Below, piece after piece: positions 21,777 through 32,407 of a stretch of DNA of 64,000 bases. Positions within the stretch are counted from its first letter, which is position 1. Every line of letters begins with the position of its first letter. This stretch comes from Oscillospiraceae bacterium. GTDB lineage: Bacteria; Bacillota; Clostridia; Oscillospirales; Ruminococcaceae. The position numbers and the translations under genes were made by a program. The stretch is from assembly GCA_031550725.1 (NCBI GenBank), contig JAVBOH010000006.1, forward strand, positions 56,763 through 120,762, written 5' to 3'. Below the pieces are notes generated by a model. It had not been told where the DNA came from, did no database searches, and saw only the letters and a program-made list of their open reading frames with translations.

Positions 21777-22550
21777 ATGATTATGAAAATGGTATCTATT
21801 GCGATTTGTGGTGCAAACGGAAAAATGGGCAGGGTTATCAATTCTGTTATTACGGAGCGTGATGACTGTAAAACTGTTGCCGGTATTGATAAAATTACTA
21901 CAAGCTATGCTGACTTCCCTATTTACGAAACTCCACAGGAGATTAATGAGAAACCTGATGTAATCATTGATTTTTCTCATCCTAGCTCTTTAGATGGACT
22001 TCTTGAATATTCACTTTGCACTGGCACTCCAATAGTATTTGCTACTACTGGATATACCGAAGAACAAATTGCTAAAATAAAAAAAGCCGCTGAACAAATT
22101 CCAGTATTCTTTACTTTTAATATGTCTTTAGGTATTAATTTGCTTATGAAGCTTTCTAAAATTGCCGCTGAAGTTTTGGGTGAGCAGTTTGATATTGAAA
22201 TCGTTGAAAAGCATCATAATCAGAAAATTGATGCTCCAAGCGGTACTGCTATTATGCTTGCTAACTCTATTAATCAAACACTTGATAATAAATATCAGTA
22301 TGTTTACGATAGACACTCACAGCGTAAAAAACGTGAAAAGAATGAGATTGGTATGCACGCTATTCGTGGCGGTACTATTGTTGGTGAACATGATGTAATT
22401 TTTGCAGGACGTGATGAGGTTATAACACTTTCACATTCTGCCACTTCAAAGGAAGTTTTTGCTGTTGGCTCTGTTAATGCTGCAATTTTTCTTTCAGGTA
22501 AATCACATGGTCTTTATGACATGGCAGCAATGCTTGATAGTATAAATTAA
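21777..22550 (+). CDS. dapB: 4-hydroxy-tetrahydrodipicolinate reductase
   Basis: IAICGANGKMGRV N-terminus and HHNQKIDAPSGTA motif. Confidence 0.92.
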   Translation: MIMKMVSIAICGANGKMGRVINSVITERDDCKTVAGIDKITTSYADFPIYETPQEINEKPDVIIDFSHPSSLDGLLEYSLCTGTPIVFATTGYTEEQIAKIKKAAEQIPVFFTFNMSLGINLLMKLSKIAAEVLGEQFDIEIVEKHHNQKIDAPSGTAIMLANSINQTLDNKYQYVYDRHSQRKKREKNEIGMHAIRGGTIVGEHDVIFAGRDEVITLSHSATSKEVFAVGSVNAAIFLSGKSHGLYDMAAMLDSIN

Positions 22551-22559
22551 ATTTTTAAT

Positions 22560-22597
22560 GGGATGTTATAAGTTTAAAGCTTATAACATCCCATTTT
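22560..22597. terminator. bidirectional terminator between dapB and htrA
   Basis: GGGATGTTATAAGTTTAAAGCTTATAACATCCC hairpin flanked by T/A runs. Confidence 0.6.
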
Positions 22598-23832
22598 TAA
22601 TTTTCAGTATTTATTTTAGGTGGCTTGCTTTCATCAAGCAGCAAATTAAATTCAAGGTAGCAATCGCTATTCTTGCGGTATACTGTTATCAGAATTTCAT
22701 CGCCTGATGAAAATTTATCCTTTTCGGTATTAAGCTCCGACATAGTGGTTATTGCTGCACCATTTACGCTTGTTATTATATCCCCTACTTCAATTCCGCA
22801 TTTATCAGCTGCCGAATTGCTCTCAATAAAACGTACATATACACCAATCGGCAGGTCATAATATCTTGCTGTAATACTATCGATATCCTCTGCGCTAATG
22901 CCAATCAGCGGTCTGCCTTTAACATAACCGTTATTAATCAAATCTTCTATAATCGGCTTTGCTGAATTAATCGGTATCGCAAAGCCTAGACCTTCAGCTG
23001 ACGGTGATATAATCTTGCTTGAATTTATTCCGATTACTTGACCGCAGTTGTTTAAAAGCGGACCACCGCTGTTACCTGGGTTTATTGCGGCATCAGTTTG
23101 AATAAGCGTCATTTCGTACTCGTCTATCGTGATATTTCTATTTAAAGCACTTATTATTCCGCAGGTTGTTGAGCCATATAGCTCAAATCCAAGTGGATTT
23201 CCTATCGCAACAGCAAGTTCACCCTCAACAAGACAACTGCTGTCACCAAATTCAACAGCCTTTAAAACATCTTGTTCTGTTTCGATTTTTATTACTGCTA
23301 GGTCAGTACGACTGTCTGCACCAACAATTTGGGCATCATATTCAGTTTTATCCGCCAGAACGACCTTGACATTTTTTGCATTTAAATTGCTGTTCTGCAC
23401 AACATGAGCATTTGTTACTATATATCCGCTTTCAGACATAATTATACCTGTTCCTGTTCCTGTTACACCTTCAAAAAACTCCGAGGATATTCCAACTACT
23501 GATGGTTTTACTTTTTTAACAATTTCAGGTATACTCATATTTTCGCTGCTTTCATTACCCAAAATGCTTGATATTATATTGTTACTCTTGCTGTATGAAG
23601 TTATATCATTATTTGTATATTCGGATGCTTCATTACACACCTTATATAATGAAATTGAAACTCCTGAAACTACACCCATGCATAACAAAAACATAAATAC
23701 TTTCATAATTTTACGGGGTTTTACTGTTTTCATAGTTGCTTCAGGATAATATGTTACTTCAGCCGAATTGTCGTCTTTAACCAAGTCTTCATTATACTCA
23801 CTCATTGCAATTATCCTTTCATAAATTTTCAA
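22597..23832 (-). CDS. htrA: membrane-anchored trypsin-like serine protease with PDZ domain (HtrA/DegP family)
   Basis: N-terminal TM, GTGTGIIMSESGYIVTNAHVV and GNSGGPL catalytic motifs, C-terminal PDZ. Confidence 0.88.
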   Translation of the reverse strand: MKIYERIIAMSEYNEDLVKDDNSAEVTYYPEATMKTVKPRKIMKVFMFLLCMGVVSGVSISLYKVCNEASEYTNNDITSYSKSNNIISSILGNESSENMSIPEIVKKVKPSVVGISSEFFEGVTGTGTGIIMSESGYIVTNAHVVQNSNLNAKNVKVVLADKTEYDAQIVGADSRTDLAVIKIETEQDVLKAVEFGDSSCLVEGELAVAIGNPLGFELYGSTTCGIISALNRNITIDEYEMTLIQTDAAINPGNSGGPLLNNCGQVIGINSSKIISPSAEGLGFAIPINSAKPIIEDLINNGYVKGRPLIGISAEDIDSITARYYDLPIGVYVRFIESNSAADKCGIEVGDIITSVNGAAITTMSELNTEKDKFSSGDEILITVYRKNSDCYLEFNLLLDESKPPKINTEN

Positions 23833-23985
23833 TCTTAAATTCTATTATATCCATTAATGTGATAAATCCATGAGTGTTTGAAAAAATATAGGTGCTTTGC
23901 AAATAATTACAGTATTATAGTATATATTTTCAAAAAAACATCCCACATAAAGCAACTTATGCATTTATATGAGATGTTATATTTT

Positions 23986-25950
23986 TTATGAAATTTCTTC
24001 GCACAGTAAAAGCCATTCATCACTATAATCAGATGACAACTGCTTTAATTCCTCAAACTTACTGCATTTATCCTGCATAAGCTGATAGTCTGCACAAACA
24101 TCAGGGTCAGTCATTTCTTCCTGAAGTGCACTCATTTCCGATTCAAGACGCTCAATTTCTGCCTCAAGCTCTTTTATACGCAAACGTTTTTTTGCATCCT
24201 GTGAACGCTGTTCTTTTGAACGATATGTCTTGACATTCTTTTCTTCTGCAATTTGCTTTGCTTTTTCCTGCTTAGCAAGTTCAGTATTTTTGTCTTCCAA
24301 AGCCTGACGTTCACGCTTAATTTCAAGGTAATCATCAAATCCGCCTTCAAAATTTTCAACAGAATTTTCGGTTATCTCTATTATACGTGACGACAGTTTA
24401 TTAAGCAGATATCTGTCATGAGATACGAAAATTATTGTACCGTCAAACTCGCATAATGCCTGCTCAAGAACTTCCTTTGTTGCTATATCAAGATGGTTTG
24501 TAGGCTCATCGAGAATAAGTACATTTCCTCTCTCAAGCATCATTAAAGCAAAACATAGCTTCGCTCTTTCACCACCTGAAATAACCCCAACAGGCTTATA
24601 TACATTCTCACCTGTTAAACGCACACAACCAAGAAGTGAACGTACTGACTGATCAGACATCGTTCTGTAACGTTTATGAATTGCATCCATAACGCTGTCG
24701 TTTAAATCAAGCTGTGCATTTTCCTGATCAAAATATGATATTCTGATATTTTTTGTCCACTCGATAATACCATGGCTGCATGGCAGTTTACGCTGAATAA
24801 TTTTCAGTAGTGTTGACTTACCAATACCGTTTGAGCCGATAATACCAACCTTTTCTCCACGTCTGACATTGAATGACAACGACTCAACGAGCGTCGTTCT
24901 GTCGTCACCCTTGCCGACTGTAATGTCAATATTTTTTACAGTAAGCAAGTCAATTGGTGGTGTAATATCATACTCAAACTTGATTTTTGCTGATTTTTCA
25001 TATGTTATCGGACGTTCAATTATCTCCATTGACTCAAGCTTTTTTACACGGCTTTTAGCCATTGCAGATGTTGATGCTCTTACTATATTCTTCGCAACAA
25101 ATTCTTCAAGCTTTGCAATTTCCTCTTGCTGAGCCTCATATTCTTTCATCTGATGCTCTACCCATGCCTGTTTTTGCACTGTATATGCTGAATAATTACC
25201 CTTAAAACGTCGCAGCTGCCCACGCTCAATTTCGCATATTGAGTTTGTTAGCTTATCAAGGAAATACCTGTCATGCGATACAATTAGCAATGCACCCTTA
25301 TAATCCTGCAAATAATCCTCAAGCCACATAATTGTGTTAAAATCGAGGTGATTTGTCGGCTCATCAAGGATAAGCAGACTTGGATTTTCAAGCAATAATT
25401 TTGCAAGTGCAAGACGTGTTTTTTCACCACCGCTAAGAGTTGAAATAACACGGTCATAGGTATCAGGCGGAAATCCCATACCATTTAGCACCTTACTGAT
25501 ATTTACATCAATTATATAACCGTCATTTGTTTCAAAATATGCCGACTTTTTAGAGTACTCATTTGATATTTCAGCAAAATAGCTTTCATCATTATGCGCA
25601 TCAGGCTGTGACATAAGCTTTTCTAGTTCACGCAGTCTGTCAGCAATATCAAGCATATTTTTAAATACGCTTTTCATTTCATTTATGATGGTATTTTCCT
25701 TATCAAGACCTGAATTCTGCGCTAAAAACCCAATTGTTGCATCCTTGTTTTTTGATATGCTCGCTACATTTGGCTCGGGTTGTGTTTCAGGGTCTTCAAT
25801 ACCAGTAATAATACGCAGAAGTGTTGATTTACCACAGCCATTTATACCTATCATACCAATTCTGTCATTGTCCTCAATTGTCAGTGCCACATTCCGAAGA
25901 ATTTGGTTTCCGTTATAATATTTACTTATATTTTCTAGTGAAATAACCAT
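23986..25950 (-). CDS. ABC-F family ATPase (Uup/EttA-like, tandem ABC domains with C-terminal coiled-coil)
   Basis: Two Walker A (GINGCGKST, GSNGIGKST) and two LSGGE signatures, no TM domain, K/E-rich coiled-coil tail. Confidence 0.88.
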   Translation of the reverse strand: MVISLENISKYYNGNQILRNVALTIEDNDRIGMIGINGCGKSTLLRIITGIEDPETQPEPNVASISKNKDATIGFLAQNSGLDKENTIINEMKSVFKNMLDIADRLRELEKLMSQPDAHNDESYFAEISNEYSKKSAYFETNDGYIIDVNISKVLNGMGFPPDTYDRVISTLSGGEKTRLALAKLLLENPSLLILDEPTNHLDFNTIMWLEDYLQDYKGALLIVSHDRYFLDKLTNSICEIERGQLRRFKGNYSAYTVQKQAWVEHQMKEYEAQQEEIAKLEEFVAKNIVRASTSAMAKSRVKKLESMEIIERPITYEKSAKIKFEYDITPPIDLLTVKNIDITVGKGDDRTTLVESLSFNVRRGEKVGIIGSNGIGKSTLLKIIQRKLPCSHGIIEWTKNIRISYFDQENAQLDLNDSVMDAIHKRYRTMSDQSVRSLLGCVRLTGENVYKPVGVISGGERAKLCFALMMLERGNVLILDEPTNHLDIATKEVLEQALCEFDGTIIFVSHDRYLLNKLSSRIIEITENSVENFEGGFDDYLEIKRERQALEDKNTELAKQEKAKQIAEEKNVKTYRSKEQRSQDAKKRLRIKELEAEIERLESEMSALQEEMTDPDVCADYQLMQDKCSKFEELKQLSSDYSDEWLLLCEEIS

Positions 25951-26016
25951 TTTTATGATTTCCTTTTTTTATGAACGATCCCTCAATCACTCTGTTATAC
26001 CAACTTTTCGAAAACG

Positions 26017-26040
26017 GAGCGATGAGGGCATCGCTCCCTA
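26017..26040 (-). terminator. terminator of the parC-like gene
   Basis: GGAGCGATG..ATCGCTCC hairpin followed by GTTTTCG on the minus strand. Confidence 0.5.
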
Positions 26041-26050
26041 CATTATTAAA

Positions 26051-28282
26051 TTATAGTGTTAGTTGGTCAGGGTCCTGTAAATCTTTCGCAAGACATCCAG
26101 ATGCAGGAACAGACTTAACTACATATTTTTTAACGCTTTCAGCCATATCCTCTGTCACAATATATGCGTTGTCGATAACAGCTTTTGCTTTTAGTGTGAA
26201 CACCTGAACACCAATTGTATCACGGGTTGATTTCGGCAAAATCATACCAGTGTTAAATACAATTGCACGTCCGTTTGTTGAACGCAGAAGTATTTCAGTA
26301 TTATCTGAAATAACGAACATCTTAACAAGCTTAGATTTGTCACTGTATGCATTTGCAAGCTTTTTACGGTTTGTTTTTGTTTCATAAGAATTAAGCGGTA
26401 TTTTTGCAATTTTACCATTCTCAAATATCATAATAAGATGTCCGCTGTAATCCGATGTCACTATCATGCATGATACATTTTCATCCTCATCAAAGCCAAG
26501 TCTTGCAGGGATATATTCACCCAAAACAGATGCCTTTGTTTCGGAAAATGATGATGCCTTTGTTTTATAAACCTGACACTTATCAGAGAAAAATAACAGC
26601 TCTGCTTTGTTAGTTGTATCAATTGAAACATCCATAATATCGCCATCTTTTAGCTTTTGCTCACCTGACATACGAAGTGACTGCGGCAGAATTTTCTTGA
26701 AATAACCTGCTCGTGACATAAACAAATGAACAGGAAAATCAGGTGTTTCATCAATTTCCTCATCATCCTCGATTTCATTGTTATAATAAAACAATGTCTT
26801 TCGTGGCTGTGCATATTTTTTAATAATATCTTTAAGCTCACTAATAATAATATCTTTTATTTTCTTCTTATTCTTAAGTATTTCCTCCATCTCAGCGATG
26901 TCCTTTTCAAGCTGCTCAACCTCTGAAATGCGGTTAACGATATATTCTTTATTTAAGTGTCTTAGCTTGATTTCAGATACATATTCAGCTTGAATTTCAT
27001 CAATATTAAAGCCAATCATGAGGTTTGGAACAACATCATTTTCTTCTTCTGTTTCACGAACAATTTTTATAGCCTTATCAATATCAAGCAAAATTTTACT
27101 TAGACCCTTTAATAAATGCAGCTTATCCTTTTTCTTTGACATATCATAATAAACACGTCTTTTTATACACTCAACACGGAAAGCTGTCCATTCATCGATA
27201 ATCTCATAAACACCCATTACCTTTGGTGTTGTACCAATCAGAATGTTGAAGTTGCATGAATAGCTGTCCTCTAAAGGTGTCATTTTAAAAAGCTTTCTCA
27301 TGAGCTTGTCAGGGTCAGTTCCTCGCTTTAAATCGAGTGCAATTTTAAGACCGCCTAAGTCAGTTTCATCACGAAGATATGATATCTCACGGATTTTGCC
27401 CTGCTTAATAAGGTCGATAATCTTCTCAATTATAGCTTCAACGGTAGTCGTTGACGGTATCTGAGTAACCTCAATAATGTTATTGTCTTTATCATAATTA
27501 TATCTTGCACGAACTTTAATAGAGCCGCATCCTGTATGATAAATTTTATCAAGTGTATCCTCGTCATAAAGCATAAATCCGCCACCTGCAAAGTCAGGAC
27601 CTTTTAGTGTTGACAAAGCATTATGATCAGGGTCACGGATAAGCTCAATTGTGGTTTTGCACACTTCTTCAAGATTAAATGGACAAACTGAACTCGCCAT
27701 TGATACTGCAATACCAACGTTTGAATTAACTAAAACTGATGGAAATGCCGCTGGCAGCAGTGTTGGTTCAACTGTTTCATTATCATAGTTAGGTACAAAA
27801 TCAACGGTTTCTTTATCAATATCACGGAAAAGCTCCGCACAAAGTGGTGCAAGCTTCGCTTCTGTATATCGTGAGGCAGCAAAGGACATATCTCTTGAAT
27901 ATGCCTTACCAAAGTTACCCTTTGAGTCAATATATGGATGCAGAAGTGCTTCGTTTCCTCGAGCCATTCTAACCATTGTTGCATAAATAGCCTGATCGCC
28001 ATGTGGGTTAAGCTTCATTGTCTGACCAACAATATTTGCAGATTTTGTACGTGGACCATTTAAAAGCCCCATCTTATACATGGTATACAAAAGCTTTCTG
28101 TGTGATGGCTTAAATCCGTCAATTTCAGGCAGAGCTCTTGACACAATTACACTCATTGCATATGGCATAAAGTTTTTTTCTATTGTATCGGTAATTTGCT
28201 GTTCAACAACTACTCCGCTTTCAGCAATATATGCTTTTATTGAAGATGATTTTTTAGGGGAGGTTTCTCTTTTTTTTGCCAT
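26051..28282 (-). CDS. parC: type IIA DNA topoisomerase subunit A (ParC/GyrA-like, short C-terminal domain)
   Basis: PEIDGFKPSHRKLLYTMYKMG and active-site AASRYTEAKL; 743 aa, truncated beta-pinwheel. Confidence 0.85.
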   Translation of the reverse strand: MAKKRETSPKKSSSIKAYIAESGVVVEQQITDTIEKNFMPYAMSVIVSRALPEIDGFKPSHRKLLYTMYKMGLLNGPRTKSANIVGQTMKLNPHGDQAIYATMVRMARGNEALLHPYIDSKGNFGKAYSRDMSFAASRYTEAKLAPLCAELFRDIDKETVDFVPNYDNETVEPTLLPAAFPSVLVNSNVGIAVSMASSVCPFNLEEVCKTTIELIRDPDHNALSTLKGPDFAGGGFMLYDEDTLDKIYHTGCGSIKVRARYNYDKDNNIIEVTQIPSTTTVEAIIEKIIDLIKQGKIREISYLRDETDLGGLKIALDLKRGTDPDKLMRKLFKMTPLEDSYSCNFNILIGTTPKVMGVYEIIDEWTAFRVECIKRRVYYDMSKKKDKLHLLKGLSKILLDIDKAIKIVRETEEENDVVPNLMIGFNIDEIQAEYVSEIKLRHLNKEYIVNRISEVEQLEKDIAEMEEILKNKKKIKDIIISELKDIIKKYAQPRKTLFYYNNEIEDDEEIDETPDFPVHLFMSRAGYFKKILPQSLRMSGEQKLKDGDIMDVSIDTTNKAELLFFSDKCQVYKTKASSFSETKASVLGEYIPARLGFDEDENVSCMIVTSDYSGHLIMIFENGKIAKIPLNSYETKTNRKKLANAYSDKSKLVKMFVISDNTEILLRSTNGRAIVFNTGMILPKSTRDTIGVQVFTLKAKAVIDNAYIVTEDMAESVKKYVVKSVPASGCLAKDLQDPDQLTL

Positions 28283-28317
28283 TTATTTTTTGTTCTCCTC
28301 TCATTTCAGGTGTTTGT

Positions 28318-29163
28318 TTATGTTAGTTGTAATATACTTGCTGCTTTTAGCCATAAGCTTTCAGTGTTGTAATCAAGTCCGCTTTCCTTTGATAATTCTC
28401 CTACCATACAAGCACATTCATAGCTTATATTTCGACCTGTTTGCAATTGATATTTTATAGCTTTTGCCCATATAGGTGCTTTGTCAGCCAAGCCACTTTC
28501 ATCTATATCTGAAATCATTTTTTGTATATCATATGGTACAGTAACTGTTTCGGTATGCCATTCGTTATCATGATATGAAACAGACGAAAACTGCGCACAA
28601 TTTTGATGATTACATGGAACTCCAACAGCACCGCCGCTTATAATCTTCTTTCCATTTTTATGATAAATAAACGGCTGGTGACCATGACCACATATCAGCA
28701 AAGCATTTTTCATGTTATGGACAACATCATCTATAATATCATTATCAGGATGTAAAACGGTTCTGTTGTTATATGGCGTACCATGGCAAATCGTGAACTC
28801 AGGCATACCATTAATTTTTATATCCATGCTAATCAGCATACTTCGGAAAAATGCAATATCGTTCTCATTCAAGTTTTTATAGGTATATAAAAGTGAGCCG
28901 TCAGCAGAACAATATTTCCAATTATCATCAGGGTTATCATGATACGAAATCATATAATCCTCACGATTGCCTTTGATAAACCATGTCTTGTATTTTTGCG
29001 GTATATTTCGTAGAATTTCAAGCGTTTTTTGTGGATATGCACAATCTGTAACATAGTCTCCAAGAAAAGCGATGCCATAAAAATCATTCGAATAAATATA
29101 ATCAAGGCAAGCTTTCAAAGCGACATAATTACTATGAATATCGCTGAGTGCAGCAATTCTCAT
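28318..29163 (-). CDS. PPP-family metallophosphoesterase (ApaH/PrpE-like)
   Basis: MRIAALSDIHSN, GDYVTDCAYP, GNRE, CGHGH motifs of calcineurin-like phosphoesterases; sits between the topoisomerase subunit genes; ORF extends to 29310 overlapping parE. Confidence 0.75.
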   Translation of the reverse strand: MRIAALSDIHSNYVALKACLDYIYSNDFYGIAFLGDYVTDCAYPQKTLEILRNIPQKYKTWFIKGNREDYMISYHDNPDDNWKYCSADGSLLYTYKNLNENDIAFFRSMLISMDIKINGMPEFTICHGTPYNNRTVLHPDNDIIDDVVHNMKNALLICGHGHQPFIYHKNGKKIISGGAVGVPCNHQNCAQFSSVSYHDNEWHTETVTVPYDIQKMISDIDESGLADKAPIWAKAIKYQLQTGRNISYECACMVGELSKESGLDYNTESLWLKAASILQLT

Positions 29164-29194
29164 AATATTACAAGCCTCGTCTTTCTTAATTTTA

Positions 29195-31180
29195 TCATGA
29201 AATATCCGCCATATCCAAATATGCTCCGCCAAATTCCGCAATAAAATCCTTACGCCCCTGCAAATTATCACCCAAAAGCAAGTCAAACATCTTTGCTGTT
29301 TCAACAGCATCGGTAGGTGTAACCTTGACTAGTCGGCGAGTATCAGGATGCATTGTTGTTAGTGACATCATTTCAGGCTCATTTTCACCAAGTCCTTTTG
29401 AACGGTCAACCTTATATTTCTGCCCTTCAACTTTTTTCAGGATATCCTCTTTTTCCTTTTCGTTATATGCAAAATAGGTCATGTCCTTAGTATTAATTTC
29501 AAAAAGCGGTGTTTCCGCAATATACACGAAACCCTTCTCGATTAAAGTTGGTGTAAGCCTATAAATCATCGCAAGAATAAGCGTTCTGATCTGGAAACCA
29601 TCATAATCGGAATCGGTTGCGATTATAACTTTATTCCACTTAAGCTTGTCAATATCAAAGTTTGAGATTTCTTTATTAGCCTTTGATTTCACCTCAACAC
29701 CACAGCCTAAAACTTTAAGCAAATCTGTTATAATCTCATTTTTGAATATCTTATCATAGTCAGCTTTCAAGCAGTTTAATATCTTACCACGAACCGGAAT
29801 TATAGCCTGAAATTCAGCATCACGTGCAGTTTTACATGCACCAAGCGCAGAGTCACCCTCCACTATAAATACCTCACGCTTTGACAAATCCTTTGAACGA
29901 CAGTCAACAAACTTCTGTACCATATTCGAAAGGTCAATATTTGCAGTCAAGTTCTTCTTAATATTAAGACGTGTCTTTTCAGCACTTTCTCTTGAACGCT
30001 TGTTTATCATTACCTGCTCGGCTATTTTTAGTGCCTCATCAGGATTTTCTATAAAATAAATTTCAAGCTGATGCTTTAAAAATTCAGTCATTGCTTCCTG
30101 AATAAATTTATTTGTAATAGCTTTTTTAGTCTGATTTTCATATGATGTTTCTGTTGAAAATGATGATGAAATCAAGCATAAGCAGTCCTGAACATCGTCA
30201 TATGAAATCTTCTTTTCATTTTTAAGATACTTGTTATTATTCTTTAAATATGAGTCAATCTGATATACAAATGCATTTCTAACAGCCTTATCAGTTGAGC
30301 CGCCATGCTCAAGAAAGCTTGAGTTATGGTAATATTCCTGTATATTAACCTTGTTTGAAAACGCAACAGCAACAGACAGCTTAACCTTATATTCAGGCAT
30401 ATCCTCACGGTCTTTACCCTTGCGCTCGCAAGCCCAGTACTGAGGTACAGACAAAAAGTCCTCGCCGACAATTTCTTTTAGATAATCGGTTATACCATTT
30501 TCATAAAGATACTCGATTTCCTCAAACTTTCCATCATCATTCTGAGAACGGAACACGAACACAACATTAGGGTTAACTATTGCCTGCTTTTTCAAGGTTT
30601 CCTCGAAAAATTCACGCTCAATATCAATATCAGTAAAAACATCCAAATCAGGACGCCATCTTGTTTTTGTACCTGTCTTTTTAGACTTGGTTTCTTCCTT
30701 TGTAAGTCCGCCGACATTTTCACCTTTTTCAAAGTGAAGATTATATTTAAACCCATCACGGAAAATTTCAACATCCATATATTCGGATGAATACTGTGTT
30801 GCACACGCACCAAGACCATTCAAGCCTAGTGAAAATTCATAGTCACCGTCAGCATTATTCTTATACTTACCGCCTGCATATAATTCGCAATATACAAGCT
30901 CCCAGTTGTAACGCTCCTCTGCGTTATTAAAGTCAACAGGACATCCACGTCCAAAGTCCTCAACCTCAATAGTATTATCCTTATATCGTGTTACTATAAT
31001 TTTATTACCATGCCCGTCACGAGCCTCATCAATGGAGTTTGAAACTATTTCAAAAAACGAGTGCTTGCACCCCTCTAAGCCATCAGAGCCAAATATAACG
31101 GCAGGACGAAGTCTTACTCTGTCCGCACCCTTTAACGAGGTGATACTCTCATTACCGTATTCCGCTTTCTTTTTCGCCAT
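29195..31180 (-). CDS. parE: type IIA DNA topoisomerase subunit B (ParE/GyrB-like)
   Basis: GHKL ATPase N-terminus (EIVSNSIDEA), Toprim (FIVEGDSALG), 661 aa. Confidence 0.85.
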   Translation of the reverse strand: MAKKKAEYGNESITSLKGADRVRLRPAVIFGSDGLEGCKHSFFEIVSNSIDEARDGHGNKIIVTRYKDNTIEVEDFGRGCPVDFNNAEERYNWELVYCELYAGGKYKNNADGDYEFSLGLNGLGACATQYSSEYMDVEIFRDGFKYNLHFEKGENVGGLTKEETKSKKTGTKTRWRPDLDVFTDIDIEREFFEETLKKQAIVNPNVVFVFRSQNDDGKFEEIEYLYENGITDYLKEIVGEDFLSVPQYWACERKGKDREDMPEYKVKLSVAVAFSNKVNIQEYYHNSSFLEHGGSTDKAVRNAFVYQIDSYLKNNNKYLKNEKKISYDDVQDCLCLISSSFSTETSYENQTKKAITNKFIQEAMTEFLKHQLEIYFIENPDEALKIAEQVMINKRSRESAEKTRLNIKKNLTANIDLSNMVQKFVDCRSKDLSKREVFIVEGDSALGACKTARDAEFQAIIPVRGKILNCLKADYDKIFKNEIITDLLKVLGCGVEVKSKANKEISNFDIDKLKWNKVIIATDSDYDGFQIRTLILAMIYRLTPTLIEKGFVYIAETPLFEINTKDMTYFAYNEKEKEDILKKVEGQKYKVDRSKGLGENEPEMMSLTTMHPDTRRLVKVTPTDAVETAKMFDLLLGDNLQGRKDFIAEFGGAYLDMADIS

Positions 31181-31214
31181 CTAATCAATCCTTTACTCTA
31201 TCTTATATTGTTAA

Positions 31215-32180
31215 TCAATTTTTATATGTTATAGCCGCCCAGTCATGCGACTCTCTTATCTCAACTAAAGTATAGCCATTCTGTTCCATTGCAGCCTTAA
31301 CTTCATCACATCGTTCGCATATAATTCCTGAAATTACGATTATGCCATCTTTTTTTATAAATCTCTTAAATAATGGTGACATAGCAATAAGAACATCGGC
31401 AACTATATTTGCGGCGATAATATCATAACCATCTCCGATTTTCTCACGCAATGTTTCATCATCCAATATATTACCGCAATAAGCTGTATATATTTCATCA
31501 GAAATATTATTTTTACCTGCATTTTCTTTTGCAATATTAACAGAATTCTGGTCTATATCAATTGCCATTGCACTCTTAGCACCAAGCAAAATACCGCCAA
31601 TTGAAAGTATACCGCTGCCGCATCCCATATCAAGAAGCTTGTCACCCTTATTTATATTTTTCTCCAGCATTTCAAGGCACAATGCAGTTGTGTGGTGCTG
31701 TCCTGTTCCAAAGCTAGCTCCTGGGTCAATTTCAAGTATTGTGCGGTTATCATAACCCGAATATTCTTCCCATGATGGCTTGATAACTAATTTTTCACCA
31801 ATTACGATAGGTTTGAAATACTGCTTCCAGTTATTCGCCCAATCCTCCTCATTAACATTTGCAAGCTCTGTTTGAAGTCTGCCGAATGCATTTTCATCAT
31901 CACAAGCCTTTAATGCACTCATCTCTGCATTAAGCATGGATAGCATATCAGCACCCTGCTCGTTATCAGCCAAATAAACTGTGATTGTTGTTTCACAATC
32001 CTTTAAGTTCATCAGGTCATCATCAATATAATCCCAGTTGCCTGTTTTATCATTCAAAAATTCCTCGAAATCCTTTGCATCCTTTATTACAAAACCATTT
32101 ATGCCAATCATCAAAAGACGTCCGCATACTGCATCAATTCCTTCAGTGGTTGTGTAAATATTTACTTCTATCCAGTTCAT
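31215..32180 (-). CDS. prmA: ribosomal protein L11 methyltransferase
   Basis: MNWIEVNIYTT.. N-terminus and SAM-binding DMGCGSGILSIG. Confidence 0.9.
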   Translation of the reverse strand: MNWIEVNIYTTTEGIDAVCGRLLMIGINGFVIKDAKDFEEFLNDKTGNWDYIDDDLMNLKDCETTITVYLADNEQGADMLSMLNAEMSALKACDDENAFGRLQTELANVNEEDWANNWKQYFKPIVIGEKLVIKPSWEEYSGYDNRTILEIDPGASFGTGQHHTTALCLEMLEKNINKGDKLLDMGCGSGILSIGGILLGAKSAMAIDIDQNSVNIAKENAGKNNISDEIYTAYCGNILDDETLREKIGDGYDIIAANIVADVLIAMSPLFKRFIKKDGIIVISGIICERCDEVKAAMEQNGYTLVEIRESHDWAAITYKN

Positions 32181-32333
32181 TTTAATCCATCCTTATATTA
32201 CACTCTCAAAATCGTTCGAGTGTTATTTTTAATCATACATATTTATTTTACTACTTTTTTCGAGTTTTGGCAAGCATTATTTGGTTTTTTAGGTAATATC
32301 ACGCTAAAAATTCAGTATTATCTTGCTTATTAA

Positions 32334-32362
32334 TTGACATTAACATCTATTTATGATAAAAT
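32334..32362 (+). promoter_or_regulatory. sigma-A-type promoter of manA-glcK
   Basis: TTGACA-17 bp-TAAAAT about 45 bp upstream of manA. Confidence 0.5.
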
Positions 32363-32407
32363 TAAAGGTAATGTTTATGTAAAAATTCAATGTAAAGGAT
32401 GGGTTGT

